Positions 56,301-64,000 of a stretch of DNA of 64,000 bases are shown piece after piece. The DNA comes from an uncultured Eubacteriales bacterium (GTDB taxonomy: Bacteria > Bacillota > Clostridia > Oscillospirales > Acutalibacteraceae). The notes under the pieces were generated by a model that was not told where the DNA came from, ran no database searches, and was given only the letters and a program-made list of their open reading frames with translations. The position numbers were made by a program, and so were the translations under genes. The DNA is taken from contig CAZTCR010000003.1 in the NCBI GenBank assembly GCA_964612185.1, positions 56,970-120,969 on the forward strand, read 5' to 3'. Within the stretch, counting starts at the first letter, position 1. Each line of letters begins with the position of its first letter.

Positions 56301-56865
56301 AGGAAGTGCAGGCATAGAATGCTCTGGTTCCAATGCTTTGGATGCCGTTGCCGAGGACGGCATCAGTTAAAAGCGTACAGTTTTCAAAAACGCTGTCTCC
56401 AAACTCGGTCACACTATCGGGGATAACAATGCTCGCAAGCTTCGAACAATCTTTAAAGGCCGAATTGCCAATGCTTAGCAAACCCGTCGGCAGCGAAACG
56501 GCAGTAATATAAATACAGCCGGAAAACGCACTCTGGCCGATATGCGTATAACCAACCGGTATTGTCACGCTTGTGATCGAGTAGCGAACATTGTAAAAGA
56601 CATTGTATCCGATACCGGTTACAGGATAGCCATCCAGGGTAGCCGGGAGAACGATGTTGCCGCTGATGTTTTGCTTGAGACTTATGATAGTAGCATTGCC
56701 GTTCAAGAGGGTATAGTTGTAAATATCTTCATCAACTGCCGCCGCGCGGACAGTAAAAATCCCCTTCGCACCTTCGCCGGCCTCCGGTAAAAGTTTGTAG
56801 GGGATATTTCCCGATATAATAATAACCGCCAATAGAAAAGCCAGACAATTCCTAAAGGTTTTCAC
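53386..56865 (-). CDS. Secreted surface protein: BspA-type leucine-rich repeats + Listeria-Bacteroides (Flg_new) repeats + C-terminal type-I dockerin
   Basis: GTG start with RBS AAGAGGG. There are many repeats of the form IP.SVT.IG..AF..C..L. Flg_new units read ITFDANGG.GG...GW.P. The dockerin F-hand pair is GDLNGDGSIDSMDAGK and GDLNGDGSVDSLDAGK. Confidence 0.85.
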   Translation of the reverse strand: MKTFRNCLAFLLAVIIISGNIPYKLLPEAGEGAKGIFTVRAAAVDEDIYNYTLLNGNATIISLKQNISGNIVLPATLDGYPVTGIGYNVFYNVRYSITSVTIPVGYTHIGQSAFSGCIYITAVSLPTGLLSIGNSAFKDCSKLASIVIPDSVTEFGDSVFENCTLLTDAVLGNGIQSIGTRAFYACTSLRNVTLPSGLKSIGDHAFNGCDWLQAVTFPATVETIGEYAFMGCYWIRSLVIPNSVTSIGKGAFYSCTLLNSLTLSDSLTEISEQAFCNCPYLTSVTIPSGVGAIGIGAFQDCTRLSNLTLPNGLQTIGESAFLFCHGLTVVEIPNTVHTLGRQAFSTCQNLIAVTIPDSVVTFGTNIFNNSLNVTVYCNIDSEAEYYAYNNSIPYLYIAPFTIEFDANGGMGGTIVTQNCGTALTAPAVTKIGYTLTGWAPAVPPATPAENITYYAQWTVNKYTITFDANGGIGGKSTLMSWGAALVPPVVTRELYLFNGWVPSVPMNVPLGDATYIAQWVPIYSYTISGGEVTITGCNTGVTGAVIIPDEFEGCPVTGIGYQAFQNCTGITGITIPASVTFIDARAFMGCTGLTAVTIPAGVTSIGNQAFQDCTALASITVPTSLAGIGGAAFANTAWMNAKPDGPVTIGSVFYRYKGTMPAGTTVTVSTGTLGIAGGAFSGCTGLTAVDLPETLTTIGANAFSGCTGLGRTVIPQSVTAIGAQAFNNCTAMTYCCYPDSYGHVYAAANDIPHTLVVKITFDANGGSGGTSTAMAIGSALSAPTVTRSSFVFNGWSPALPATVPEEPVTYVAQWTTVFSYTVKESIATVTGTNTAISGEQEIPAALGGYPVKNIGEAAFRNMTGITSMTIPDGMLTIGGGAFDGCSGLTTVIIPASVRDIGTNAFRGCPGLTLYVYPRSRAMLYAENNHLNYRVFVTVTFSLNGGTGTVPAPQSGLDGDEVIIPPQGDITRTGYHYLGWAPSPTATEAFANFTMPPDNITLYAVWSRIPAISPFSGAATIINTQSNYIYGLASGITQAEFESGYIAITGNGRLEYTLPSGGFGTGTQVKVIDNITGLAVQIFTIIIFGDLNGDGSIDSMDAGKAVDFENYLEPWVPADDALYIKAGDLNGDGSVDSLDAGKIVDAENYIITVDQVTGLA

Positions 56866-56942
56866 AATAAAACCCTCTTTCGTCCAGATTTAACCACACA
56901 ACTATTATATCACTTTCATTATTGAATTGTTATATTTATTTA

Positions 56943-57212
56943 TTAGCCGAACTTGTAGGCTTTTCTAATGGTTTTCTTCACATTCCAGACACAGTTCATC
57001 CCCTTCGGGAATACGACCAGCATATTCGGTGCGATGTGGTAATCCTCACCGTCCGCGGTTACAATCACATCGCCCTCAAACACAAAGCAGGTCTCTTTGG
57101 CGGAATAGGACCAGTCGAACACACTCGGTTCACATTCCCATATGCCCCAGGAATCGATGCCCAGTTTTTTGACTTCATCCAAGGTCATCGGGGTGATTCC
57201 AACTTTATTCAT
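56943..57212 (-). CDS. Cupin_3 (DUF861)-like small cupin
   Basis: WGIWECEPSVFDWSYSAKETCFVFEGDVIV. ATG 57212 overlaps the rbsK stop as ATGA, and AAAGGA lies at a 9-nt spacing. Confidence 0.6.
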   Translation of the reverse strand: MNKVGITPMTLDEVKKLGIDSWGIWECEPSVFDWSYSAKETCFVFEGDVIVTADGEDYHIAPNMLVVFPKGMNCVWNVKKTIRKAYKFG

Positions 57213-58165
57213 GTTGAACATCCTTTCGAATTTTTCCATTTCACCATGAAATCGTCAACATCTTTTCCGGCCGGCAGGGATTGCTGCGCCCCGCTCTTGG
57301 TAACCGTCAGCGCGCCGGCGGCATTGGCAAACTCTACTGCGCTGTGAATATCCTCGCCCGCGGCAAGTGCGGCCGCCAGCGCGCCTGTGAAGGCGTCCCC
57401 GGCGGCGGTGGAGTCCACCACTTCTACACACCGGGCAGGCTTGTGTACAACCTCATCGCCGCAGTTGTAAACGACTCCGCCGGCACCCAGGGTAATCAGA
57501 ACCTGCGGGATTCCTTTGTCTTTCAGAAGACGCAAAGCCGCTTTCGCGTCCTCAACGCTGTTTACTGCCAACCCCGTTAGAAACTCGCATTCTTTTTCAT
57601 TCGGCGTGATGATGTCAACTTTTTGCAGCAGTTCATCCGGCAAATCGACTGCCGGCGCGGGATTCAGCAGTACTTTCACACCGTGCTTTTTCGCCAGGTT
57701 AATCGTTTTTTCGACCGTTTCCAAAGGTATTTCAAGTTGTATTACAACAATAAAACACTCTTTTATCAGCTCTTCAACGCCGTCAATCATAACCGGTGTC
57801 AGCCCGGCATTCGCTCCGGGGTCAACTATGATGAAATTATCGCCATCTTTTACGGTAATCATCGCGGTGCCGGTGGGGGTGCCGTTTAATTGGCGGATAT
57901 GTTCAATGTTCACGCCGTTACCGGCCAGGTTCTGCAGCAGTTCCCGCCCGAACAAATCGTTCCCGACACAGCCGGCCATCGCAACACTGCCGCCCAGCCT
58001 GGCAGCCGCAACTGCCTGGTTGGCGCCTTTGCCGCCGGGGGCTGTAAAAAAGCCGCTGCCAAGGATCGTCTCGCCCAAAGCGGGTATCCTCGGTGTGTTC
58101 ACTACCAGGTCCATATTTAAGCTGCCGACAACGGTAATCTTGTGCAAAATACAGTCTTCTTTCAT
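57209..58165 (-). CDS. rbsK: Ribokinase
   Basis: ITVVGSLNMDLV, PGGKGANQAVAAARLG and VVDSTAAGDAFTGAL. Confidence 0.85.
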   Translation of the reverse strand: MKEDCILHKITVVGSLNMDLVVNTPRIPALGETILGSGFFTAPGGKGANQAVAAARLGGSVAMAGCVGNDLFGRELLQNLAGNGVNIEHIRQLNGTPTGTAMITVKDGDNFIIVDPGANAGLTPVMIDGVEELIKECFIVVIQLEIPLETVEKTINLAKKHGVKVLLNPAPAVDLPDELLQKVDIITPNEKECEFLTGLAVNSVEDAKAALRLLKDKGIPQVLITLGAGGVVYNCGDEVVHKPARCVEVVDSTAAGDAFTGALAAALAAGEDIHSAVEFANAAGALTVTKSGAQQSLPAGKDVDDFMVKWKNSKGCST

Positions 58166-58212
58166 TCCTTCATTAATAAATCAGGAATCACTTGTAGTCT
58201 TCGGGTTTGCTT

Positions 58213-58821
58213 TTAATCGATAACTTTAACGGATGTAATCACCGGCTGATTTTCTTTCTTCACAGTACCGTTTTGGTCAACCACCGGCGTATCTTCACAG
58301 ATCTTGTCCACGATGTCCATACCGCTTGTGACATAGCCGAACACGGCGTAATCGCCGTCTAAATGCGGGCTGTCCTGATGAACGATAAAGAACTGCGAGG
58401 TAGCGCTGTCGTTCTTGCCGGGCTGGCGCGCCATGGCAATCGCGCCGCGGGTGTTTTTAAGCGGGTTGTCCACACCGTTGTTTTTAAACTCGCCTTTAAT
58501 GCTTTTACCCGAACCTCCGCCGCCGGTGCCTGTCGGGTCCCCGCCCTGAATCATAAAGTCTTTGATGATCCGGTGGAAAGTCAAACTGTCGTAATAGCCG
58601 CTCCCGGCTAAATCCAAAAAGTTGGCAACGGTAATCGGCGCGTTATCTCCGTCCAACTCAACAGCAATCGTGCCGTAGTCTTTGATGTTGATTTCAACAT
58701 GGTGTTTGCCGGCGGAACCGGCTTTGGTCGTGGTGGCCTCTTCGGCGGGTTCCTTGCCGCAGGCGGACAGAGTTGCGAGCGCGAACAATGTGACGAACAG
58801 GATGCAGATGATTTTTTTCAT
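58213..58821 (-). CDS. Cyclophilin-type peptidyl-prolyl isomerase, lipoprotein
   Basis: FHRIIKDFMIQGGDPTGTGGGGSG. ATG 58821 follows GGAG at a 7-nt spacing. The lipobox is TLSAC. Confidence 0.85.
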   Translation of the reverse strand: MKKIICILFVTLFALATLSACGKEPAEEATTTKAGSAGKHHVEINIKDYGTIAVELDGDNAPITVANFLDLAGSGYYDSLTFHRIIKDFMIQGGDPTGTGGGGSGKSIKGEFKNNGVDNPLKNTRGAIAMARQPGKNDSATSQFFIVHQDSPHLDGDYAVFGYVTSGMDIVDKICEDTPVVDQNGTVKKENQPVITSVKVID

Positions 58822-58904
58822 GACGGTCTCCTTCAATATGTTTTTTTATGTATCCTTGCACAAGATGCTAATACTAAACACTCATAAAAATCTAACTAAA
58901 AAAT

Positions 58905-60285
58905 GATAATGTCCGTATAATTGGTGTAAATTCAAAATAAAATTGAGCCATGCGCTCGCTTTCGGTATAATGAGTTTGAGAAAAACAAAAAACTGAAAGG
59001 AAAGAACACATGACTCAAATTAATATTACACTGGAAGAGGAAATATTAAAAGACCTTTTTATGGGAAACCGCGAGAAATCGATGACAATATTGCTGGAGC
59101 AAGTCATTAATGCGGTGTTAAGCAAGCAGGCATCTGAGCAACTAAACGCAGAGCCATACGAGAGAAGCGAAGACCGGTTGACATATCGAAATGGATACCG
59201 GGAACGAGAGATAACAACAAGGGTAGGAACGCTCACCTTGCGGGTACCTAAATTCAGGGATGGGACATTCTCCACGGAGTTATTCAACTCATACCAAAGA
59301 AGTGAAAAAGCGCTGATACTGAGCATGATGGAAATGGTTGTGCAGGGGGTATCAACGAGAAAAGTAGGAGAAATAACGGAAACACTTTGCGGGACAAACT
59401 TTTCAAAGTCAACGGTGTCGGCATTGTGTAAAGAACTTGATCCAATAGTCGGCAGTTTCAGAACCCGACCGTTAAACGGTCACTATCCGTTTCTCATCGT
59501 TGACGCGATATATATGCGTGCAAGAGAGAACCATGCCGTAAGAGCCAAGGGGTTGCTAATAGCAACCGGAGTGAACAGTGAAGGCAACCGAGAGGTATTA
59601 GGTTTTACGGTTGCCGATGGCGAGTCTGAGATATCATGGAGCGAGTTCTTTGAAGGCTTGAAAGCAAGGGGCTTGAAGAATGTTGACCATATAACCAGCG
59701 ACAACCACGGTGGTTTGCGCAACGCCATAAAGAAGCATTTCTCAACGGCTGTCTGGCAGCGCTGCCAGACACATTTCTCGAAGAATATGCTCGATAAGAC
59801 ACCTAAGAAACTGCAACCTGAAATGAAACAGGCTCTTAACGATATGTATAACGCGCCTGATATTGAAGAGGCAAAACTGCGCAAGACACAAATTATGGAA
59901 AAATTCGAGAAGACCGCTCCAAAGGCTGTATGCCTGCTGGATGAAAGTTTTGAAGATGTTATGGCAGTTTTTAATCTTCCGGAAAAATACAGGAAACGCC
60001 TTAGAACCTCAAACAGTATTGAACGGTTAAACGAGGAACTCCGCCGTCGTGAACGCGTCATCAGAATTTTCCCCAATGAAGACAGTCTGGTTCGTCTGAT
60101 GGGCGCTATCTTGATTGAACAACATGAAAAATGGTCGTCTGGTAAAAAGTATTTTGATATGACCGAATTCATCGAAAGCTCTTGCCGAAATAACAACGCC
60201 AGGACTTCTACAGACAACCCCAATCAGGCCGCTTGAACTACGCTGTTACCGAAAGCGAATTTACACCAACAATTTGGACTTGACT
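58905..60285 (+). mobile_element. IS256-family insertion sequence with 8-bp target-site duplication
   Basis: Imperfect terminal inverted repeats of 29 nt share the perfect core TTGGTGTAAATTC (58921-58933) / GAATTTACACCAA (60257-60269). TAAAAAAT flanks both ends (58897-58904 and 60286-60293). Confidence 0.75.
59010..60236 (+). CDS. IS256-family transposase
   Basis: 408 aa with RLTYRNGYREREITTRVGTLTLRVPKFRDGTFSTELF and SNSIERLNEELRRRERV, both typical of IS256/Mutator-like transposases. Confidence 0.9.
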   Translation: MTQINITLEEEILKDLFMGNREKSMTILLEQVINAVLSKQASEQLNAEPYERSEDRLTYRNGYREREITTRVGTLTLRVPKFRDGTFSTELFNSYQRSEKALILSMMEMVVQGVSTRKVGEITETLCGTNFSKSTVSALCKELDPIVGSFRTRPLNGHYPFLIVDAIYMRARENHAVRAKGLLIATGVNSEGNREVLGFTVADGESEISWSEFFEGLKARGLKNVDHITSDNHGGLRNAIKKHFSTAVWQRCQTHFSKNMLDKTPKKLQPEMKQALNDMYNAPDIEEAKLRKTQIMEKFEKTAPKAVCLLDESFEDVMAVFNLPEKYRKRLRTSNSIERLNEELRRRERVIRIFPNEDSLVRLMGAILIEQHEKWSSGKKYFDMTEFIESSCRNNNARTSTDNPNQAA

Positions 60286-60447
60286 TAAAAAATCTGCACG
60301 AAACCGCATATATCAAAACTTTTGCTTGATTTTTTAGAGGTTTTTTAGTCGCGAATCAGTATCAGATACTCCTCATAAGCAAAAGTGCGGCTTCTTTTCG
60401 CTGTGCCGACCTGCTTGATGATGCCTAATGATATTATTTTTATACAG

Positions 60448-60529
60448 TTATTTCAAAAAATCAAGCTTTTTTGAAATAAGAAACGAAATTAGGTTCGTTA
60501 TTTCAAATAATTCGGTTTTTTTGAAATAA
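60448..60529. repeat. Two tandem 32-bp AT-rich palindromic units (REP-like)
   Basis: TTATTTCAAAAAAtcaagcTTTTTTGAAATAA (60448-60479) and TTATTTCAAATAAttcggTTTTTTTGAAATAA (60498-60529), separated by 18 nt. Confidence 0.6.
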
Positions 60530-60597
60530 ATCGATGAATATTCCGTTGTTATTAATTGCTACTCCGTTGACAATAAAAATCTACAATCGCATTTTTC

Positions 60598-60885
60598 CTA
60601 TTCAAAATAGCAATCATCTTCCCATTTCAGCGGATTGGTGTCGATATACTCCCATATTTTCCTGTATTCCTCTTCATTGCGTATAATGTGGTCGTGAAAT
60701 AATTTCTGCCACAGAGAGAACCCGATTTGTTTTGTGACATACCCTTTCATCTGGTTGATTACGGTTGATATTGTAGGGGCGCGCATTGCGCGTCTGTCTT
60801 TAACGCACATCGTAATGAAATATGCACCATTTTGGCTGTAGTCATATCCTTTTAGCCTATTTGGCTTTCGTTTGAGTAGTTCCAT
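60598..60885 (-). pseudogene. Internally deleted REP-associated tyrosine transposase (IS200/RayT-like) lacking the HUH motif
   Basis: N-terminus KPNRLKGYDYSQNGAYFITMCVKDR and C-terminus LWQKLFHDHIIRNEEEYRKIWEYIDTNPLKW match the family ends. The central segment of about 60 aa that carries the (M)PNHIH motif is absent. Confidence 0.55.
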
Positions 60886-60911
60886 AACCCCCACCGAATA
60901 TATGATTTGGT

Positions 60912-62900
60912 TTACCACGACCCCCCGCCGCCGCCGCCGGCCCCCCCGCCCGAAGACCCGCCGCCCGAACCCCCGCTGCTTGACGGGCTCGAAGACATGG
61001 CTGTTTGGGCGGATGTCATGGTTGAATTCATAAACGAGCCGAAGGCAGCCATATTAAAAGCCGTGCTGCCGGCATACCAGTCCGGCGGCTGCAAGGCGAT
61101 CACTTCAAATTTTTTGATCCATTTGTCTGAAACGCCCAAAACATAAGTATAGGGCAGAATGTTGTAAAAATAGGCGGGGTCCTGCATAACGAGTTCTTCC
61201 AACTTCGGTTTTTCGGCAAGTTCCAAAAAGTTTTTAAAGCCTTTTATTTTGCCCAGCAGTTCATTGCCGTAGGCAGACCTTTTCGGCATGAGTTTGAACA
61301 TAATCACCATCACAAGAACGCAGACTAACCCCAGCCCGTAAGCCGCCAAATACAAGGGATCTACCAACAAGGCCGGTAATACCATTGAGGCCCACGGTGC
61401 TCCGCCGAAGCCCAGACCCCAGACAAGGCCGAAGATTTTCATTTGCATTTTTGTCTTGCCGAAAACCATCGCGAACAAAATCGTAAACCCGATACCGGGG
61501 AATAGCAGGGCAATGAGCAGCGAAGAAGTTCCTGCGTATTCAATTACAGGCTTCACGCTGATCAGCACATATACAATGGCAATTAAAACACCAATAAAGA
61601 ATCCCTTGCCAAGCGAACTCTTTTCAAATATGCCCAGCTTGTTTTCTTTTCTGTTCAAATTTTTTACGATCGCGTTGAGCGTTACATAGAAATTGTTTTT
61701 TAAATCCAGGGAGGTAACTTCTTCAATTCCTTCATTATTATCCGGAGGCTGAACAGTATAACTCTGACTTAACAGCCCCTTTAGGTCGTTAAAACTCGGC
61801 TTCTTCGGCAGGTTGAACAGCCCGGATAAAAATAGCCTCTCGTTCTCGTTGTTGCCGTCATAGTCCTTCAGTTTGGTCAGCTTAAAGGCTTTTGTTTTAA
61901 TAAACAGGGATTGCTGTTCAAACTCCGTAATCTTTATATAGCCCTTGTTTGCCAGGTAAATCATTAAAGAAACAACATCGGTTGCGTCCGCCTTGCCCTT
62001 ATACAAAAATCCGACTTCCGCGCTGTTAAAACCTTTTGGCGGATAGAACTCGACCGTTTCAACGGCCATCTCGTCCTTGCCATATTTTTTCCACATATAT
62101 ATAGTGAGCAGCATCAGCAGAATCGGCACTAAGAAGGATAAAATCATCATAAAATCCAAATTGTAGGCGGCATTTACAAAATACCCCTCCGGCAATTCCA
62201 GCCTGACTGTCAGCGCTTCCCCCGCATATATGATGCCATCATAGCTGCCCGTAATCACATTGCCGTTCACTTGCCAGGTGATGCCTGTGCTGTCCGTTGA
62301 CCCTGACAACCCTTTTGAAAAACCGAGCTTGCCCGCATCAAACTCCTTCGGCATGGTAATGGTAAAGGTGACATTGCCGATAGCTGTTTTTTCCCACTCC
62401 GGACCGATGATGTTGAAATATAACTCATCATAATCCTTGCCTGTGTCTTTACCGATGTCGTAGGTGTAACGGATTAGATAATTCTTGGCGCCGGTTAATG
62501 TGAGGTCTTCATCGCCGATTTTCAATATTCTGTTTCCATCAGAAACGGATGAGGTAAAGGGGGCATCCACGCTGATACCTGTGATTTTAGCACGGTTTAC
62601 CGATGTTGTCCCGTCCAGTCTCTCCACCTTGTTTTTTAATGGAATACTCCGGAAAATACCGTGCCTGGACACATTAAAATAAGCGCCGATGTTCTCCGTA
62701 ATAATGAAAGTATTGTTTTCGTTGACAACAATATTGATATCATAACTGTCCAGTAAATATTCATAGCTTTTGTAGCTGCTGTTTGCGCTTAATTTGCTCT
62801 GCTTTGCCGGGGTCTGGCTGTTCACTGCCGCTAAAACCGACAAAGAAGTAAAACTAAGCAGCACTAAAAGAATTGCGAAAGATTTAACAGTCTTTTTCAC
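60912..62900 (-). CDS. DUF2207-family membrane protein with C-terminal Gly/Ser tail
   Basis: GTG start with RBS GGGGGTGA. It has a signal peptide, an extracellular N-domain, several TM helices, and the tail SSSGGSGGGSSGGGAGGGGGGSW characteristic of DUF2207. Confidence 0.75.
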   Translation of the reverse strand: MKKTVKSFAILLVLLSFTSLSVLAAVNSQTPAKQSKLSANSSYKSYEYLLDSYDINIVVNENNTFIITENIGAYFNVSRHGIFRSIPLKNKVERLDGTTSVNRAKITGISVDAPFTSSVSDGNRILKIGDEDLTLTGAKNYLIRYTYDIGKDTGKDYDELYFNIIGPEWEKTAIGNVTFTITMPKEFDAGKLGFSKGLSGSTDSTGITWQVNGNVITGSYDGIIYAGEALTVRLELPEGYFVNAAYNLDFMMILSFLVPILLMLLTIYMWKKYGKDEMAVETVEFYPPKGFNSAEVGFLYKGKADATDVVSLMIYLANKGYIKITEFEQQSLFIKTKAFKLTKLKDYDGNNENERLFLSGLFNLPKKPSFNDLKGLLSQSYTVQPPDNNEGIEEVTSLDLKNNFYVTLNAIVKNLNRKENKLGIFEKSSLGKGFFIGVLIAIVYVLISVKPVIEYAGTSSLLIALLFPGIGFTILFAMVFGKTKMQMKIFGLVWGLGFGGAPWASMVLPALLVDPLYLAAYGLGLVCVLVMVIMFKLMPKRSAYGNELLGKIKGFKNFLELAEKPKLEELVMQDPAYFYNILPYTYVLGVSDKWIKKFEVIALQPPDWYAGSTAFNMAAFGSFMNSTMTSAQTAMSSSPSSSGGSGGGSSGGGAGGGGGGSW

Positions 62901-62950
62901 GGTTTCACCCCCAATATCTCAATAAAATCTTGTCAGCTTTTCATTTACGG

Positions 62951-63778
62951 TTATTTCAACAAATCCCGCACATATCTGCTGTTTTCGTCTATTTGATCTT
63001 TGTCCCGCTGAAACACCCCGACAATCACACAGTCATTTTCTTTAATATTATCAAACGCTTCTTTGAAACTGTGCTTGACCGCGTCTTGCGTACCGCATCT
63101 GCGCGTCGCGCCGAGAATTTTAAAAGCCAGCACCGGCTTTTTGACTTTGCGGATTGTTTTATACATCACCGGTATATCTTCATCAAAAAACGGTTCTTCC
63201 TCATTGGCAAAACCTGTAATGGCACTGCTTACCCTGTCCGCGCGGCTCAGGTTGTATACACACGCCATGTAGAAATCAACATCCCATGCCTCGTCTTCAC
63301 ACCGTTCAATCACATCGGGGATATGTGTGCCCAAGCCCACCGGCAGGCCGGTGTTCCGCATGATTTTGAAACGGTCTTTGAGCTCATCCAGGCGGCCGGT
63401 TTTAATCAATTCATCGGTTACGGTGCCGTGATGATAAATCGCAACAGCTTCCTGCATCTTCATGATTCTGTTGATGTTGCCGCTGAATGAAGCCACCTCA
63501 CTGGCTGTTTGCGCAATCCAGTTTATTTTGCCGCCTTCATTGCGAAACTCGCGCAGAATGCGCATGATATGCTCATCCGCCCTGAGCTGCACTGTGTTAA
63601 TCCCGCATTCGACGCAGCGCCGCAGCGCGTTCTTGATGTTCTGCGTTGTATAATAATCACGCATTTCTTCGTCAAGCCGGCTGCTCACATGGCTGTTGCC
63701 GCTGAAGGGATTTCCGCCGATAATCAGCTTTGTTGTTTCAATTCCGCAAAAGTTTGATGTGGGTAATAAATTACTCAA
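62951..63778 (-). CDS. Hypothetical protein
   Basis: 275-aa ORF with a TTG start and AAAGGGGA upstream. No recognisable motif. Confidence 0.45.
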   Translation of the reverse strand: MSNLLPTSNFCGIETTKLIIGGNPFSGNSHVSSRLDEEMRDYYTTQNIKNALRRCVECGINTVQLRADEHIMRILREFRNEGGKINWIAQTASEVASFSGNINRIMKMQEAVAIYHHGTVTDELIKTGRLDELKDRFKIMRNTGLPVGLGTHIPDVIERCEDEAWDVDFYMACVYNLSRADRVSSAITGFANEEEPFFDEDIPVMYKTIRKVKKPVLAFKILGATRRCGTQDAVKHSFKEAFDNIKENDCVIVGVFQRDKDQIDENSRYVRDLLK

Positions 63779-63838
63779 TTTTCCGCTGTCCCCTTTGATT
63801 CATGGTTTTGTTATCGCCGCCGGTTGCATCGTGAATCC

Positions 63839-64000
63839 TTATTTCTTGTTTTTTACTTTGTTCCCGCCGAATTTGTATGCAAAGGCCTCAATAATCATCC
63901 CGTACACAATACCCGCCGCAAAACTTACAACATCGCCAAATCCGTCGGCACTGTAGAATGCGAACGACACCGCCAAGCCGAGAATCGCGCCCCGGAGAAT
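63839..64000 (-). CDS. C-terminal fragment of a membrane protein (5-prime end outside the window)
   Basis: My translation is ...ILRGAILGLAVSFAFYSADGFGDVVSFAAGIVYGMIIEAFAYKFGGNKVKNKK, with a stop at 63839-63841. Confidence 0.3.
   Translation of the reverse strand: MLRGAILGLAVSFAFYSADGFGDVVSFAAGIVYGMIIEAFAYKFGGNKVKNKK

Noticed and set aside
60300-60445. Short minus-strand reading frame ending ...LGIIKQVGTAKRSRTFAYEEYLILIRD, resembling a winged-helix C-terminus
   Set aside because: Only about 30 codons are readable before the palindromes, with no start codon or RBS. It may be a gene remnant disrupted by the IS256 or REP events, but it is too short to support as a feature.
60448-60529. Possible CRISPR array or terminator pair
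   Set aside because: There are only two copies. The units are themselves palindromic, the spacer is 18 nt, and no cas genes are present. The stems are almost pure A/T, so they are poor intrinsic terminators. They are kept as REP-like repeats instead.
60907-61146. ORF encoding a poly-Pro N-terminus (PPPPPAPPPEDPPPEPP)
   Set aside because: It is the reverse complement of the Gly/Ser tail (GGN codons) of the DUF2207 gene and is not an independent gene. The C-runs there could in principle slip, but I have no evidence of phase variation.

Overview
This window looks like a chromosomal segment of a Clostridia-type Firmicute. That assignment is an inference from a dockerin-bearing LRR protein, Clostridia-style mobilisable-element genes, GGAGG-type ribosome-binding sites and frequent ATGA gene overlaps. 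Coding density is high and most genes lie on the minus strand. I found no rRNA, tRNA or CRISPR array.

Main content, left to right:
- 1-23.6 kb: a patchwork of glycan-utilisation and unknown-function genes (GH28, GH20-like, GH127-like, ThuA, FAD oxidoreductase, HAD). It is interspersed with an extracytoplasmic Mo-oxidoreductase paired with a rubredoxin-DUF2231 membrane protein, a lipoprotein barnase/barstar pair, and a secreted papain-fold peptidase candidate next to a clostripain-like C11 peptidase.
- 23.6-32.4 kb: a 5TM-PAS-GGDEF-HD-GYP sensor, an Eis-like GNAT, an unusual XRE-HTH/TM/lipase fusion, a second papain-fold paralogue, and an overlapping DegT aminotransferase / ceramidase-like pair.
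- 32.6-37.4 kb: a complete livJHMGF-type branched-chain amino-acid ABC operon.
- 39.6-41.5 kb: a visibly AT-richer islet with an HNH nuclease preceded by two translationally coupled GGCT-fold genes.
- 41.6-45.0 kb: GH101-like, NanA-like and GDPD genes.
- About 45.1-53.3 kb: an integrative mobilisable element of roughly 8.3 kb, Tn4451-like. It carries a large serine recombinase, a TnpW-like protein, a MobA/MobL relaxase, DUF3847, an Xis-type HTH and a sigma/anti-sigma/lipoprotein cargo.
- 53.4-56.9 kb: a 1159-aa LRR/Flg_new/dockerin surface protein.
- 56.9-64.0 kb: cupin, ribokinase and cyclophilin genes, an IS256-family insertion with an 8-bp target duplication, a decayed REP-associated tyrosine-transposase gene next to two 32-bp palindromes, and a DUF2207 protein.

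The most unusual candidates are the membrane-tethered HTH-lipase with its nearby peptidase paralogues and the GGCT-GGCT-HNH islet. All functional calls rest on motif recognition by eye. No database search was possible.
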